A stretch of DNA of 64,000 bases, taken from Squalus acanthias. Lineage: Eukaryota. The DNA lies in NCBI GenBank assembly GCA_030390025.1, contig CM059432.1:118608001-118672000 (forward strand), in the 5' to 3' direction. Of the stretch, positions 11,803-26,125 are shown piece by piece (the stretch's first letter is position 1; the number at the start of each line of letters is the position of its first letter). The notes beneath the pieces were generated by a model. It did not search any database and was not told the origin of the DNA. It saw nothing but the letters and a program-made list of their open reading frames with translations. Position numbers and translations under genes: made by a program.

Positions 11803-14800
11803 ATGCTGGGACTAGTGTCCTAGCGAATCGAATAACTAGGGCTGTAGAGAGGGCTTTAAACTAAATAGTAGGGGGGAGGGTTCAGTTGAGCGGGAATTTA
11901 AAAAGTCAAAGAGAAAGGAGAAGGCAATAGAACAGGGTAGCGATGGGGGTAATGGTAACCAGAGTGTGACAGGAAGGGAGAGAATGTCTAAAAATAAGAG
12001 TGCATCAAAAAGTGGGGTCAAAGCACAGAAAAATAGTAAAAAGACAAAATTAAAAGTTCTTTATCTGAATGCACGCAGCATTCGTAACAAGATAGATGAG
12101 TTGATGGCACAAATAGATATAAATGGGTATGATCTGATAACCATTACAGAGATGTGGTTGCAAGGTGACCAAGGCTGGGAACTGAATAGTCAGGGGTATT
12201 TGACATTTCGGAAGGATAGACAGAAAGGAAAAGGAGGTGGGGTAGCTCTGTTAATAAAGGATGAGATCAGTGCAGCAGTGAGAAATGATATTGGCTCAGA
12301 AGAGCAAGATGTAGAATCAGTTTGGGTGGAGATAAGCAATAATAAGGGAAAGAAGTCACTGGTGAGCGTAATCTATAGGTCCCCTAACAGTAGCTACACT
12401 GTTGGACAGATTATAAATCAAGAAATAATGGAGGCTTGTAAGAAAGGTACAGCAATAATCATGGGCGATTTTAATCTTCATATTGATTGGACAAATCAAA
12501 TTGGTCAAGGTAGCCTCGAGGAGGAGTTCATAGAGTGTATCCGGGATGGTTTCCTAAAACAATATGTTGTGGAACCAACCAGGGAGCAGACTATCTTAGA
12601 TCTGGTACTGTGTAATGAGACAGGATCAATAACTGATCTCATAGTAAAGGATCCTCTTGGAAAGAGTGATCATAGCATGGTTGAATTTCAAATTCAATTG
12701 GAGGGTGAGAAAGTTGGGTCTCAAACCAGTGTCCTGATCTTAAATAAAGGCAATTACAAAGGTATGAAGACAGAGTTGGCTAAAGTGGACTGCGGAAATA
12801 GACTAAAGGGTAAGACGGTTGATAAGCAATGGCAGACATTTAAGGAGATATTTCAAAACACTCAACAAAAATATATTCCAGTGAGCAGGAAAGACTTTAA
12901 GAGAAGGGAGAACCATCTGTGGCTAACTAAGGAAGTAAAGGATGGTATCAATTTGAAAAAAAAGGCATACAATGTTGCCAAGATTAGTGGGAGGCAGAGG
13001 ATTGGGGAATTTTTAAAAACCAGCAAAGGATGACTAAAAAAAATAAAGAGAGAGAAGATGGATTATGAGAGTAAACTAGCAAGAAATATAAAAACAGATA
13101 GTAAGAGCTTCTACAGGTATATAAAAAGGAAGAGAGTAGCTAAAGTAAACGTTGGTCCCTTAGAGGATGAGACTGGGGAATTAATAATGGGAACAGGGAA
13201 ATGGAAGAGACTTTGAACAAATATTTTGTATCAGTCTTCATGGTAGAAGACACTAAAACCATTCCAATAATACATAATCAAGGGGCTATAGGGAGGGGGG
13301 AACTTAAAACAATCAGTATCACTAAAGAAAAAGTACTTGGTAATATAATGGGACTAAAGGTGGACAAGTTCCCTGGACCTGATGGCCTGCATCCTTGGGT
13401 CTTAAAAGAAGTGGCTGCAGAGATAGTGGATGCATTGGTTGCAATCTACCAAATTTTGCTGGTTTCTGGAGAGGTCGCAGCGGATTGGAAAACCTGCAAA
13501 TGTAACGCCCCTATTTAAGAAGGGAGGGAGACAGAAAGCAGGAAATTATAGACCAGTTAGCCTAACATCTGTCATTGGGAAAATGCTGGAGTCAATTATT
13601 AAGGAAGCAGTAGCAGGACATTTAGAAAATCAGAATACAGTCAAGCAGAGTCAGCATGGTTTTATGAAAGGGAAATCATGTTTGACAAATTTGCTGGAGT
13701 TCTTTGAGGATGTAACGAGCAGGATGGATAAAGGGGAACCAGTGGATGTGGTGTAGTTGGATTTCCAGAAGGCATTCGATAAGGTGCAACATATGAAAGG
13801 TTACTGCACAAGATAGGAGCTCACGGGGTTGGGGGTAATATATTAGCATGGATAGAGGATTGGCTAACTAACAGAAAACAGAGAGTCGGGATGCCACAGG
13901 GATCAGTGCTGGGGCCTCAACTATTTACAATCTATATTAATGACTTGGATGAAGGGACTGAGTGTAATGTAGCTAAGTTTGCGGATGATACAAAGATAGG
14001 TGGGAAAGCAAGTTGTGAAGAGGACACAAAGAATCTGCAAAGGGATATAGACAGGCTAAGTGAGTGGGCAAATATTTGGCAGATGGAGTATAATGTGGGA
14101 AAGTGTGAGGTAATCCACTTTGGTAAGAAAAATAAAAAAGCAAATTACTATTTAAATGGAGAGAGATTACAAAATGCTGCAGTACAGAGGGACCTCGGAG
14201 TCCTTGTGCATGAAACACAAAAAGTTAGCATGCAGGTACAGCAAGTAATCAGGAAGGCAAATGGAATGTTGGCCTTTATTGCAAGAGGGTTGGAGTATAA
14301 AAGCAGGGAAGTCTTGCTACAACTGTACAGGGTATTGGTGAGACCACACCTGGAGTACGACGTACAGTTTTGGTCTCCTTATTTAAGAAGGGATATACAG
14401 GTACTTGTATTGGAGGCAGTTCAGAGAAGGTTCACGAGGTTGATTCCTGAGATGACGGGGTTGATTTATGAAGAAAGGTTGAGCAGGTTGGGCCTATACT
14501 CATAGAAACATAGAAAAATAGGTACAGGAGTAGACCATTCGGTCCTTCGAGCCTGCACCGCCATTCAATGCGTTCATGGCTGAACATGCTACCTCAGTAC
14601 CCCATTCCTGCTTTCTCGCCATACCCCTTGATCCCCCTAGTTGTGAGTGTTATATCTAACTCCCTTTTGAATATATTTAGCGAACTGGCCTCAACAACCT
14701 TCTGTGGAAGAGAATTCCATAGATTCACCACTCTCTGGGTGAAGAAGTTCCTCCTCAGCTCAGTCTTAAATGGCTTCCCCTTAATCCTTAGACTGTGACC

Positions 14801-16157
14801 CCTGGTTCTAGTTTTCCCTAACATTGGGAACATTCTGCCCGCATCTAATTTGTCTAAACCAGTCAGGATTTTAAATGTCTCTATAAGATCCCCCCTCATT
14901 CTTCTGAACTCCAGAGGATACAAGTTCAGTTGACCCAATCTTTCTTGATATGTCAGTCCGGCCATCCCAAGAATCAATCTAGTGAACCTTCGCTGCACTC
15001 CCTCAATAGCAAGAATGTCCTTCCTTAAGTTAGGAGACCAAAACTGCGCACAATACTCCAGGTGTGGCCTCACCAAGGCCCTGTACAACTGCAGCATCAC
15101 CTCCCTACTCCTGTACTCAAATCCCCTTGCTATGAAGGCCATCATTCCGTTTGCTTTCTTGACTGCCTGCTGCACTTGCATTCCCACCTTCAGTGACTGA
15201 TGTACCATGACGCCCAGGTCTCGTTGCACCTCCCCTTTCCCTAATCTGCCACCATTCAGGTAATAGTCCGCCTCTCTATTTTTACCACCAAAGTGGATAA
15301 CCTCACATTTATCCACATTGTACTTCATCTGCCATACATTTGCCCATTCACCCAACCTGTCCAAGTCACTCTGTAGCCTCCTAGCATCCTCCTCATTGTT
15401 CACACTGCCTCCCAATTTAGCGTCATCCGCAAATTTGGAGATATTACATTTAATCCCTTCGTCCAAATCATTAATATATAATGTAAACAGCTGGGGTCCC
15501 AGCACCGAACCCTGCGGTACCCCGCTGGTCACTGCCTGCCATTCTGAAAAGTACCCATTTACTCCTACTCTTTGTTTCCTGTGTGCCAACCAGTTCTCAA
15601 TCCACGTCAACACATTACCCCCAATCCCATGTGCTTTAACTTTGCTCACCAATCTCTTGCGTGGGACCTTGTCGAAGGCCTTCTGAAAGTCCAAATACAC
15701 CACATCTACTGGTTCCCCCCTGTCCACCCTCATTGGAGTTTAGAAGAATGAGAGGTGATCTTATTGAAATATATAAGATACTGAGGGGGCACGACAAGGT
15801 AGATACAGAGAAGATGTTTCCCCTCATGGGGGAATCTAGAACTAGGGGGCATAGTTTCAGAATAAGGTGTCGTCCATTTAAATCTAAGATGAGGAAGAAT
15901 TTCTTCTCTCAGAGGGTCGTAAATCTGTGGAACTGTCTGCCCCAGAGAGCTGTGGAGACTGGGTCATTGAATATATTTAAGGTGGAGATAGACAAATTTT
16001 TGAACAATAAGGGAGTGAAGGATTATGGGGAGTGGGCAGGGAAATGGAGCTGAGCCCAAGATTAGATCAGCCATGATCTCATTAAATGGTGGAGCAGGCT
16101 CGAGGGACCAAATGGCCTACTCCTGCTCCTATTTCTTATGTTCTTATGTTATGTTCT
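11803..16157 (+). mobile_element. CR1 LINE (end of ORF1, near-complete frameshifted ORF2, 3'UTR) hosting an antisense CR1 at 14504-15728
   Basis: APE endonuclease ORF 11966-13033 (YLNARS, GDFN, SDH). RT pieces [22 protein letters not shown]. Resumes at 15729 (LEFRRMRGDL); tail ttcttatg repeats to ~16157. Confidence 0.96.
14504..15728 (-). mobile_element. 5'-truncated CR1 LINE nested in the opposite orientation
   Basis: Uninterrupted 379-aa RT ORF 14594-15733. Tail agaaacatag at 14504. CTCAT repeated at both junctions (14499-14503, 15729-15733). Confidence 0.95.
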
Positions 16158-16363
16158 AAGGTAATCTTTGGACGGGGTCTTGCACCTCAGGGCTTGGTAG
16201 TCGAATTTTGAGTTATAAAAGGTAATGTTATGCCTTTATGATCTTGACAAGGGAATCTTACCCCTTCAAGAACATTTGAATTCATGGTTAGAAAAATGAT
16301 CTGTATGAATTTCTGACTGTGCTTCCACTATACTGTCAATGATGTGTATAGATACACCCTAAA

Positions 16364-16552
16364 CCATTCATTGTCACTGGGTCAAAATCCTGGAACTCCC
16401 TCCCTAACAGCACTGTGGCAGTACCTTCACCTCACAGACTGCAGCGGTTCAAGAAGGTGGCCCACCACCACCTTCTCAAGGGCAATTGGGGATAGGCAAT
16501 AAACGCTGCCTTACCAGCAGTGCCCACATCCCACGAACGAATAAAAAAAAAA
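16364..16552 (+). mobile_element. 3' end of a second LINE family (CR1/L2 group) with A-tail
   Basis: Closely matches the reverse complement of 49833-50020 (aaaatcctggaactccctccctaacagcactgtg...caccaccaccttctcaagggcaatt); ends in an A-run. Confidence 0.85.
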
Positions 16553-16780
16553 ATTGCACAGAAGTGGTTGTAAAAACCCAGTCCTCAACAGCCACTTGAA
16601 ATGCCATCTCTCTGTCCAAGGCAGGCTGCAAGTCACCTTGAAATTCTCTAACTTCCTACTTGCTAAGCCTGAGACTCCAGAGGCAGTGCTGGTTACCCAT
16701 GGCCTAGAGATATAGATATTGTAGGTGGCACATTGGCAGAAGCAGATAGTTCACCTATGGTGCCATGTAACGTCCCTGGC

Positions 16781-19700
16781 ATAGAGCAAAGAAGATAGGA
16801 GCAGGAGTAGGCCATTCGGCCCCTCGAGCCAGCTCCGCCATTTAATGAGATCATGGCTGATCATCCAAATTCAGTACCCTGTCCCTGCTTTCTCCCCTTA
16901 TCCCTTGATCCCTTTAGCCTTAAGAAATATATCTAACTCCTTCTTGAATATATTTAATGAATTGACCTCAACTGCCTTGGGTGGTAGAGAATTCCACAGG
17001 TTCACCACTCTCTGGGTGAAGAAATTCCTCCTCATCTCAGTCCTAAATGGCTTACCCCTTATCCTTAGACTGTGACCCCTGGTTCTGGACTCCCCCGCCA
17101 TCGGGAACATCCTTCCTGCATCTAGTCTGTCTAGTCCTGTTAGAATTTTATAAGTTTCAATGAGATCCCCTCTCATTCTTCTAAACTCTAGCGAATATAA
17201 GCCTAATCGACCCAATCCCTCTTCATACGTCATTCCTGCCATCCCAGGTATCAGTCTGGTGAATCTTCGCTGCACTCCCTCCATGGCAAGAACATCCTTC
17301 CTCAGATAAGGCGACCAAAACTGCACACAATACTCAAGGTGTGGTCTCACCAAGGTCTTGTACAACTGCAGCAAGACATCCTTGCTCCTGTACTCGAATC
17401 CTCTCGCTATGAAGGCCAACATACCATTTTCCTTCTTAAACGCCTGCTGCACCTGCATGCTTACCTTCAGCGACTTGTGCACAAGGACTCCCAGATTTCG
17501 TTGCACTTCCCTTTTTCCCAATCTATTGCCATTCAGATAATAACCTGTCTTCCTGTTTTTGCCACGAAAGTGGATAACCTCGCATTTATCCACATTATAC
17601 TGCATCTGCCATGCATCTGCCCAATCACCCAACCTGGTCAAATCATACTGGAGTTTCTCTGCATCCTCCTCACAGCACACACGCCCACCCAACTTTCTGT
17701 CGTCTGCAAACTTGGAGATATTACTACTAGTTCCCTCGTCTAGATCATTAATAGATATTGTGAATAGCTGGGGTCCTAGCACCGATCCCTGCGGTACCCC
17801 ACTAGTCACTGCCTGCCACTCGGAAAAAGATCCATTTATTCCAACTCTTTGCTTCCTGTCTGCCAACCAGTTCTCTATCCAAATCTGTACCTTACCCCAA
17901 TCCCATGTGCTTTAACTTTGCACGCTAATCTCTTATGCGGGACCTTATCGAAAGCCTTCTGAAAGTCCAAATACACCACATCCACTGGTTCTCCCTTATC
18001 TATTCTACCAGTTACATCCTCAAAAATTTCCAGTAGATTAGTCAGGCTTGATTTACCTTTTGTAAATCCATGTTGACTTTGTCCGATCCTGTCACTGTTT
18101 TCCAAGTGCTCTGCTATTACATCTTTTATAATGGACTCTAGCATTTTGCCCACTACCGATGTCAGGCTTACCAGTCTATCATTCCCCGTTTTTTCTCTCC
18201 CACCTTTTTTAAATAGTGGGGTTACATTAGCTACTCTCCAATCCATGGGAACTGTTCCAGAGTCTATAGAATTTTGAAAGATGACCAGCAATGCATCTAC
18301 TATTTCTAGGGCCACTTCCTTAAGTACCCTAGGATGTAGATTATCAGGCCCTGGGGATTTATCGGCCTTCAATCCCGTCCATTTCCCGAACACCATTTCC
18401 CTACAAATACTGATTTCATTCAATTCCTCCCTCTCATTAGACGTATGTTCCCCGACATCTCTGGGAGTTTATTTGTGTCCTCCTTTGTGAAGACAGAACC
18501 AAAGTTTGTATTTAATTGGTCAGCCATTTCTTTGTTCCCCATTATAAATTCCCCTGATTCTGACTGCAAGGGACCTACGCTTGACTTCACCAATCCTTTT
18601 CTCTTCACATATCTATAGAAGTTTTTACAGTCAGTTTTTATGTTCCCTTCAAGCTTACTCTCATATTCTATTTTCCCCCTCTTAATTAATCCCTTTGTCC
18701 TCCTTTGCTGAATCCTAAACTGCTCCCAATCCTCAGGTTTGCTGCTTTTTCTGGCAAATTTATATGACCTCTCCTTGGATATTATGCTATCCCTAATTTC
18801 CCTTGTTAGCCACGGTTGAGTCACCTTTTTTGTTTTATTTTTATGCCAAACAGGGATGAACAAATTCTGTAGTTCATCCATGCGATCTTTAAATGTTTGC
18901 CATTGCCTATCCACCATCAACCCTTTAAGTAACGCTCCCCAATCCATCCTAGCCAACTCACGCCTCATACCATCGTAGTTTCCTTTATTTAAATTCAGGA
19001 CCCTAGTCTCTGAGTCAACTACTTAATTCCCCATCTTAATGAAGAATTATATCATATTATGATCATTCTTCCCCAAGGGGCCTCGCACAACAAGATTGCT
19101 AATTAATCCTTTCTCATTAGATAATACCCAGTCTAAGATGGCCTGATCTCCAGTTGGTTCCTCGACATATTGGTCCAGGAAACCATCCCGTATACACTCT
19201 AGGAATTCCTCCTCCGCAGTATTGTTACTAGTTTGGTTAGCTCAATCTATATGTAGATTAAAGTCACCCATGATAACTGCTGTGCCCTGATTGCACGCAT
19301 CTCTAATTTCCCGTTTAATGCCATCCCCAACCTCAGCATTACTGTTTGGGGGTCTGTATACGACTCCCACTAACGTTTTCTGCCCCTTGGTATTTCTCAG
19401 CTCTACCCATACAGATTCCACATCATCAGAGCTAATATCCTTCCTTACTATTGTGTTAATCTCCTCTTTAACCAGCAATGCTACCCCACCTCCTTTCCCT
19501 TTTTGTCTGTCCTTCCTGAATATTGAATACCCCTGGATGTTGAATTCCCAGCCTTGGTCACCCTGGAGCCATGTCTCCGTAATCTCAATTATATCATATC
19601 CGTTTACATCTATTTGCGCAGCTAATTCATCCACCTTATTACGAATGCTCCTCGCATTAAGACACAAAGCATTCAGGCTTGTTTTTTTAACACTCTTAGT

Positions 19701-21190
19701 CCTTTTAGAATTATTATTTACTGTAGCCCTGTTTGATTTACACCCTTGATTTCTCTGCCTTCCACTTTTGCTCTTCTCCTTTCTGTCTTTTGTTTCTATC
19801 CTTGCTTCCCTTTCCTCTGTTTCCCTGCACAGGTTCCCAATCCCCTGCCATTTTAGTTTAAACCTTCCCCAACAGCACTAGCAAACATTCCCCCTAGGAC
19901 ATCGGTCCCGGTCCTGCCCAGGTGCAAACCGTCCAGTTTGTACTGGTCCCACCTCCCCCAGAACCGGCTCCAATGTCCCAGGAATTTGAATCCCTCCCCC
20001 TTGCACCATTCCTCTAGCCACGTATTCATCTGAAATATCCTTCTATTTCTACTCTGACTAGCACGTGGCACTGGTAGCAATCCTGAGATTACTACCTTTG
20101 AGGTCCTATTTTTAAATTTACCTCCTAACTCCCTATATTCAGCTTTTAGGACCTCATCCCATTTTTTACCTATATCGTTGGTACCTATATGCACCATGAC
20201 AACTGGCTGTTCACCCACCCCCTCCAGAATGCCCTGCAGCTACTCCGAGACATCCTTGACCCTTGCACCAGGCAGGCAACATACCATCCTGGAGTCTCGT
20301 TTGCGGCCGCAGAAACGCCTATCTATTCCCCTTACAACAGAATCCCCTATCACTATAGCTCTCCTGCTCTTTTTCCTCCCGTCCTGTGCAGCAGAATCAC
20401 CCATGGTGCCAGGAAGTTGGCTGCTGCTGCCTTCCCCCGATAAGCCATCTCCCTCAACAATATCCAAAATGGTGTATCTGTTTGAGAGAGGGATGTCCAC
20501 AGGGGAACCCTGCACTACCTGCCTGCACCTACTACTCTGCCTGGTGGTCACCGATTCCCTTCTTGCCTATGCAGCCTTTACCTGTGGTGTGACCAACTCC
20601 CTAAACGTGCTATCCACGAGGTCCTCAGCATCGCGAATGCTCCAGTATGCATCCATTCGCAGCTCCAGCGCTGCAATGCGGTCTGCCAGTAGCTGCTGCT
20701 GGATACACTTGCCGCACACATGGTCGTCAGGGTCACAGGAAGTGTCCCTGATTTCCCACATAGTGCAGGAGGAGCATGCCACGGGGCTCAGCTGTGCTGC
20801 CATGACTTACCCTTTAATTAATGTAAATTAACTCAAATCAATACCACAAATTATACTGCAATTAAATGATATACTCAAGGGCCCTTGTATACTTGCTCTC
20901 CCTGCTACACAACAGAGACCTTAGAAACTATAACCACAATAATTAGAACCTTCTAAACTTTATAAACTATTAACCTTAACTGTCAAACTACAGAGTAGTA
21001 TAAATACTCACCTGGCCCTACTCACCCAATCAGCTGCTTCCTCTTGTCCGCGTCACTTTTTGAATTATGACGTGGTTCTGGAACGCCGCCGCCAGTCTGT
21101 TAGATTGGTAAGCCTCTGAAAAAAGCCCGCAAAAGTGAGTTTAAATACTCACTGTGCTGCTGCTGCTCTCTCCGCTCCCGACACTGGCCT
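16781..21190 (-). mobile_element. Near full-length CR1 LINE (5'UTR, ORF1 zinc finger/leucine zipper plus SGNH esterase, ORF2 APE-RT), mutated
   Basis: ORF1 from 20803 (CSSC..CGKC, IGDSVVRG, HIGTND, DGLHL). ORF2 pieces 19667-16898 with endonuclease and RT motifs. 3'UTR at 16781-16870. The 5' boundary is approximate. Confidence 0.96.
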
Positions 21191-21917
21191 CTGGCAGTTC
21201 ATTGTTCCTGCTCATCTCTCACTCCTAAGTCAACAAACGGGGGAGCACTCCAGGCAATCCCCATCACTGTGAACTGTCTGCCTGAGAACAAACAGATTGC
21301 TACTGTTGCACTTGCATTTCTGTCTCCAGATATACGAGACCTTAGGTCAAGATCCCACGCCAAATCCATATGGGCAAAATTAACACATCACACATGCAAT
21401 GCATGAAGACTGCAAGTTTTCCTATAATCTCCCAATTTGCATGACAAATAATGCCATTACTCAGTAAATGGACTAACACACACCATCAATTGAACAGCAA
21501 TGAAGAAATTTTATGCCAGGGTTTCAACGCACAGGAAACCCTGAAATTGCTGGCTACTATTGCATTATTGCCACTAGTGTAATGCTTTATGCTGACAACC
21601 AAGAGAAAGCAACCTCAGTAAACAAGAGTGACTACATAGAGAATAATACATTCCTCGGATTGTCTGACAAGCAGGTCATACATTCAGGGGTTAGAGCATG
21701 TCACAAACAATTTATGTTTACAAGTCATTTACTAAACTACCTTGAAATACCCTCCTACATATTTGGTCTCATTTATAGTACACACATGAAGCAGAAGAAA
21801 AAAGTCAAGCCAGGAATCAAGCCAGGGGGGAGGGCAGTCATAAGTTTGTACATGTGTCACATGGTTCAAACTGATGAAGTTTTATTTTAGTTTGATGTTG
21901 GGAAATACAGTATATGG

Positions 21918-23478
21918 CGTAATATATGTGGAACAAATGTGGAACAAATGAAGGACAGAGACACGCTGAGTTGCTAGTCCATGTGCTTGCTTTACTGTGC
22001 CAGAGCGAACTGAGAATCATATAATCATAGAAAGCTACAACACGGAAGGAGGCCGTTTCGGCCCATCATGTCCACGCCGGCCAACAAAGAGCTATCCAGC
22101 CTAATCCCACTTCCCAGCTCTTGGTCCGTAGCCCTGCAGGTTACAGCATCTCAAGTGCACATCCAAGTACTTTTTAAATGTGGTTAGGGTTCCTGCCTCT
22201 ACCACCCTTTCAGACAGTGAGTTCCAGACCCCTCACAACCCTCTGGGTGAAGAAATGTCCCCTAAAATCCCCTCTAAACCTTCCACCAATTACTTTAAAT
22301 CTGTGCCCCCTGGTTTTTGACCCCTCTGCTAAGGGAAATAGGTCCTTTCTATCCACTTTATCTAGGCCCCTCATAATTTTATACACCTCAATAAAGTCTC
22401 CCCTCAGTCTCCTCTGTTCGAAGGAAAACAGACCCAGCCTATCCAGTCTTTCTTCATAGCTAAGATTCTCTACTCCCGGCAACATCCTTGTAAATCTCCT
22501 CTGTACCCTCTCTAGTGCAATCAAATATTTCCTGTAATGTGGTGACCAGAACTGCACGCAGTACTCTAGCTGAGGCCTAACTAGTGTTTTATACAGTTGA
22601 AGCATAACCCCCCTGCTTTTGTATTCTTCTGCCACGGCTAATAAAGGCAAGCATTCCATATGCCTTCTTAACCACCTTATCTACCTGGCCTGCTACTTTC
22701 AGGGATCTGTGGACATGCACTCCAAGGTCCCTTTGTTCCTCTACACTACTCAGTGTCCTACCATTTAATGTGTATTCCCTTTCCTTGTTAGCCCTCCCCA
22801 AATGCATTACCTCACACTTCTCCGGATTGAATTCCATTTGCCACTGTTCTGCCCACCTGACCAATTTATTGATATCTTCCTGCAGTCTACAGCTTCCTTC
22901 TTCAGTATCATCCACACAGCCGATTTTAGTATCATCTGCAAACTTCTTAATCATACCCCCTATATTCAAGTCTAGATCATTGATATATACCACAAAAAGC
23001 AAGGGACCTAGTACTGAGCCCTGCTGAACCCCACTGGAAACAGCCTTCCAGTCACAAAAACACCCATCAACCATTACCCTCTGCTTCCTGTCTCTGAGCG
23101 AGTTTTGAATCCAACTTGACACTTTGCCCTGGATCCCATGGGCTTTTAACTTCGTGACCAGTCTGCCATGTGGAATCTTATCAAAAGCCTTGCTAAAGTC
23201 CATATACACTACATCAAATGCACTACCCTCATCTACCCTCCTTGTTACCTCCTCAAAAAATTCAATCAAGTTTGTCAGACACGACCTTCCCTTAACAAAT
23301 CCGCGCTGACTATTCTTGATTATGAAGATTTATCCTGTCCTTCAGAATTCTTTCCAATAATTTCCCCACCACCGAGGTTAGGCTGACTGGCCTGTAATTA
23401 CTCAGTCTATCCTTTTCTCCCTTTTTATGACCATGCTCATACTAAACCATGTGACAAACCATGTGATAATACATTGCA
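21918..23478 (-). repeat. Gypsy 3' LTR in two pieces (21918-22014 and 23432-23478), split by a CR1
   Basis: gaacaaatgaaggacagagac...gagcgaactgag and catgctcatactaaaccatgtgac...cattgca align with 36353-36477. A purine tract (aagggaaaagcag on the minus strand) lies at ~23479-23491. Confidence 0.9.
22015..23426 (-). mobile_element. 5'-truncated CR1 LINE inserted in the Gypsy LTR
   Basis: RT ORF 22589-23269 (DFSKAFD, QGSVLGP, KFADD); tail aatcatataatcatag at 22015. Confidence 0.94.
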
Positions 23479-23762
23479 CTGCTTTTCCCTTAAAAAAAAA
23501 TGTATGTTTTCCCCTCTCAAATACAACAAAACTATGGTCCCACCTTTCCCAGCATTACATGTACCACATAACAAAAACTCCTGGCTTTTTTTTTTCTTTT
23601 AAATGAACTACAAATCCAGTTTCATAACACATTTGCAGAGCCTTCCTGATCTCCTTACTGTAAGGGGTATCGGTGTCGTAGGTGCTTGTACGGGGTTAGG
23701 CCTTCGTTGCCTAATACTATTGCTTACTCTGGTCTCCGGCCAGCCTTGTTGCAATAAGCACC

Positions 23763-25305
23763 TGTGAGTGGTTCGACCCACTCGCCCTTACGGTTCTAAC
23801 ACTGGACTTAGGTGCGAGAGCAGTAATGCAGAGAAAACTCAAATAGACCCGGTTGAATAGTACAAAATGGAAATCTTTATTGCATAACGTCCAAAATCAT
23901 GAAGTACATGTCATAGGCACAAATTAATGACAGTACAAGTATACATACATTCATAAGACTTGGTCTAGGGTAATGAGGAACGCACGGCACATCGTAAAAA
24001 GGGGAACACATTATATTTATCCTTAATAAAACCACCCTCCCCTATCAATACCTACACTAATCTAGATTTGTAGGATCGGGAAACATGCTCACCACTCGTG
24101 ATACTTCGGAGAATTTTAAACGAGGCACTCGGCTTGTTTTGCTGCAACACCTGACTGTCACGTGTTGGAAGGGGTCTCTGTACCCCACTTGTTTATCTTC
24201 TCTGCTCCGGCTAGCAGGCTGGGCTCCCCGTTGTCATGAAGAACTTGACAGTGCTCGGGCCCGGCTGTAGAACTCAAAGAAAAGTCTTTCTGGACCGACA
24301 CCAGTTACCGGTAGAATTCAAAGAAGAGTCTTCCTGTATCGACACCGGTTGTCGATAGAATTCGAAAAAGAGTCTTCCACTGGTTCGGGCAGCAACCTGA
24401 TAGAGTTCAAAAATGGTCTTTATATTTACGGGCGCGGTCGGGGTTTACTGACCGAGGCGGCACGTGGATTCTTGTTCTTTTCTTCTCATCTCGTCTTGTC
24501 GGGCCTTCGGGTCCAAAACACCGTTTACCGACGCTTGGGATGGTGCACCCGATCACTGGCCTTCGTCGGGGCGGCTCGTTCTGCTTGAGCTCCACCCAAC
24601 ATTCGAGTAACCGTCCAGCACGGCTAGAGTCCAGAGGCAACAGATGGCTGCTCGTCCAGCAGAATTCCTCCTGAGTCAAGAGTCCGCAGAGATAAGAGCA
24701 CGAATCAAGGGAATAAGAGAATAAGAGCCAGCCGAGAGAATAAGCGAGAGATGAACGTTTGTTCACTGTAGTTATAGTGCTGTATTTTCTTATCTCCCGC
24801 CCAAATCTTAATGTTTGTCCTTTGTAAAATATTGGCGCTCAAAACTCCCAGCATGGGGTGATTCTTGTCTGTAATGGGTTTCGGTAGCACCTGTAACTGG
24901 CCAACTACCCGTTAATGTTTTTTCCCATTGTGGAACCGGCTAGGAGCCTCCCTGGCGGGGTTTTGGGGGCCTCCGAATACTTGTGTAAGCACCCGAGAAT
25001 GGCTCTCTCATTGTAGAGCCATGGGGAATTTGCGTATTGATGTATCGGGATGGGACTTCGATTGCCCAGTACAATGGTCCTTGATTGTGCATGGAAAATG
25101 ATTCCAGCACTTATATCTCTTGCTATTGTGTCGAATGCAGACAGGTTGCATCCTGTCTTTATCAGTGTTTGCTGCGTATTATCCAATCTTATACTGAAAT
25201 GTTTATTCGAACGCCATCTTGTCTGTCCACTGAAAATTCTGGAAGCTTCTGCCACAAGGCGCGGCTGCCATTTTACAGGCTTCTGTGTCCTGTTTAATCA
25301 TGACA
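23763..25305 (-). mobile_element. Probable long solo LTR (~1.54 kb, ERV- or Gypsy-like), unclassified
   Basis: Begins TGT and ends ACA; interrupts the Gypsy pol tail. Minus-strand AATAAA at ~23877-23882; CpG-rich; internal 44-bp repeats. TSD imperfect (GCACC vs GCATT), so boundaries are tentative. Confidence 0.55.
24267..24420. repeat. Degenerate tandem repeat, 44-45 bp period, ~3.5 copies
   Basis: Unit starts at 24267, 24311, 24355 and 24400 (rtagaattcaaagaagagtctt...). Confidence 0.85.
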
Positions 25306-26125
25306 GCATTTTGTTTAAATAAAACTGATGAAATGAATCTGCTTTATCTTGTTATTTCGAATCGCGATAATTGCGAATTTTACATTACAGAAGTTTTTGG
25401 TGTCGAATCAATTTTTGGGCTGTTTTGTTTTGGTTCCGAACTCGAAGATGATCCTGTTTCTATCTCAGACTTGTTTGAACCTGGTACTTCAGCTATTGAA
25501 GTCTGAACTGAGTCAAACTAATGTATGTGTTCATGATCACGTGGTTCAAGATCACTTCTTGGTTCCTCTCTAGCAGTGATCATTTCATCTACATGTACAC
25601 TTCGGATGTTGTCACCAATTTCAACGAAATATCTCTTGGTTCCACCAACCTCTACTATGGTTCCTACATCCCACTTGTGTGAAATCAACATTCCAGGGGG
25701 ACTGAGAACACGAACACACTCATTTTGTTTGAAACTGCGTTCTTTCTGATTGCTGTCATAATAACGTTTGACTCAACTGTTTCTGTTCAATTCTTGAGGC
25801 CAAATTTGGTCGAACAAGACTCAATCGTGTTAAAAATCTCCTCTTCATCAAGAGTTCAGCTGGGGTATATCCAGTTGTAGTGTGTGGAGTAGTTCTGTAC
25901 TTCAGCAAGAAATTTGTCAAACATTGCTTCATGCTGAGTCCCGAACAACCCTGCAAAACTTGTTTTTTGAGAGCTTCTTTTACTATTCTGACTGAACTTT
26001 CGGCTATCCCATTTGAAGCTGGATGATATGGTGGAATAAGAGTGTGCTTGATACCATTCTGTTTGGAATAGAGCAGAACGGAACTGAGGGCCATTGTCAG
26101 AAACAAGTTCTTCAGGTAAACCATG

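Larger units (their letters stand above)
23608..26125 (-). pseudogene. Gypsy integrase core C-terminal half and pol tail (interrupted at 23763-25305)
   Basis: GLPEELVSDNGPQF, PYHPASNGIAE, FLLKYRTTPHTTTGYTPAELL. The pol end reads ...TVRRSGRLCKCVMKLDL* with stop at 23608-23610. Confidence 0.9.

Noticed and set aside
20178..20831. Long antisense ORFs over CR1 copies (e.g. 20178-20831, 19291-19749, 54664-55188)
   Set aside because: Shadow frames of LINE coding sequence with no independent motifs.
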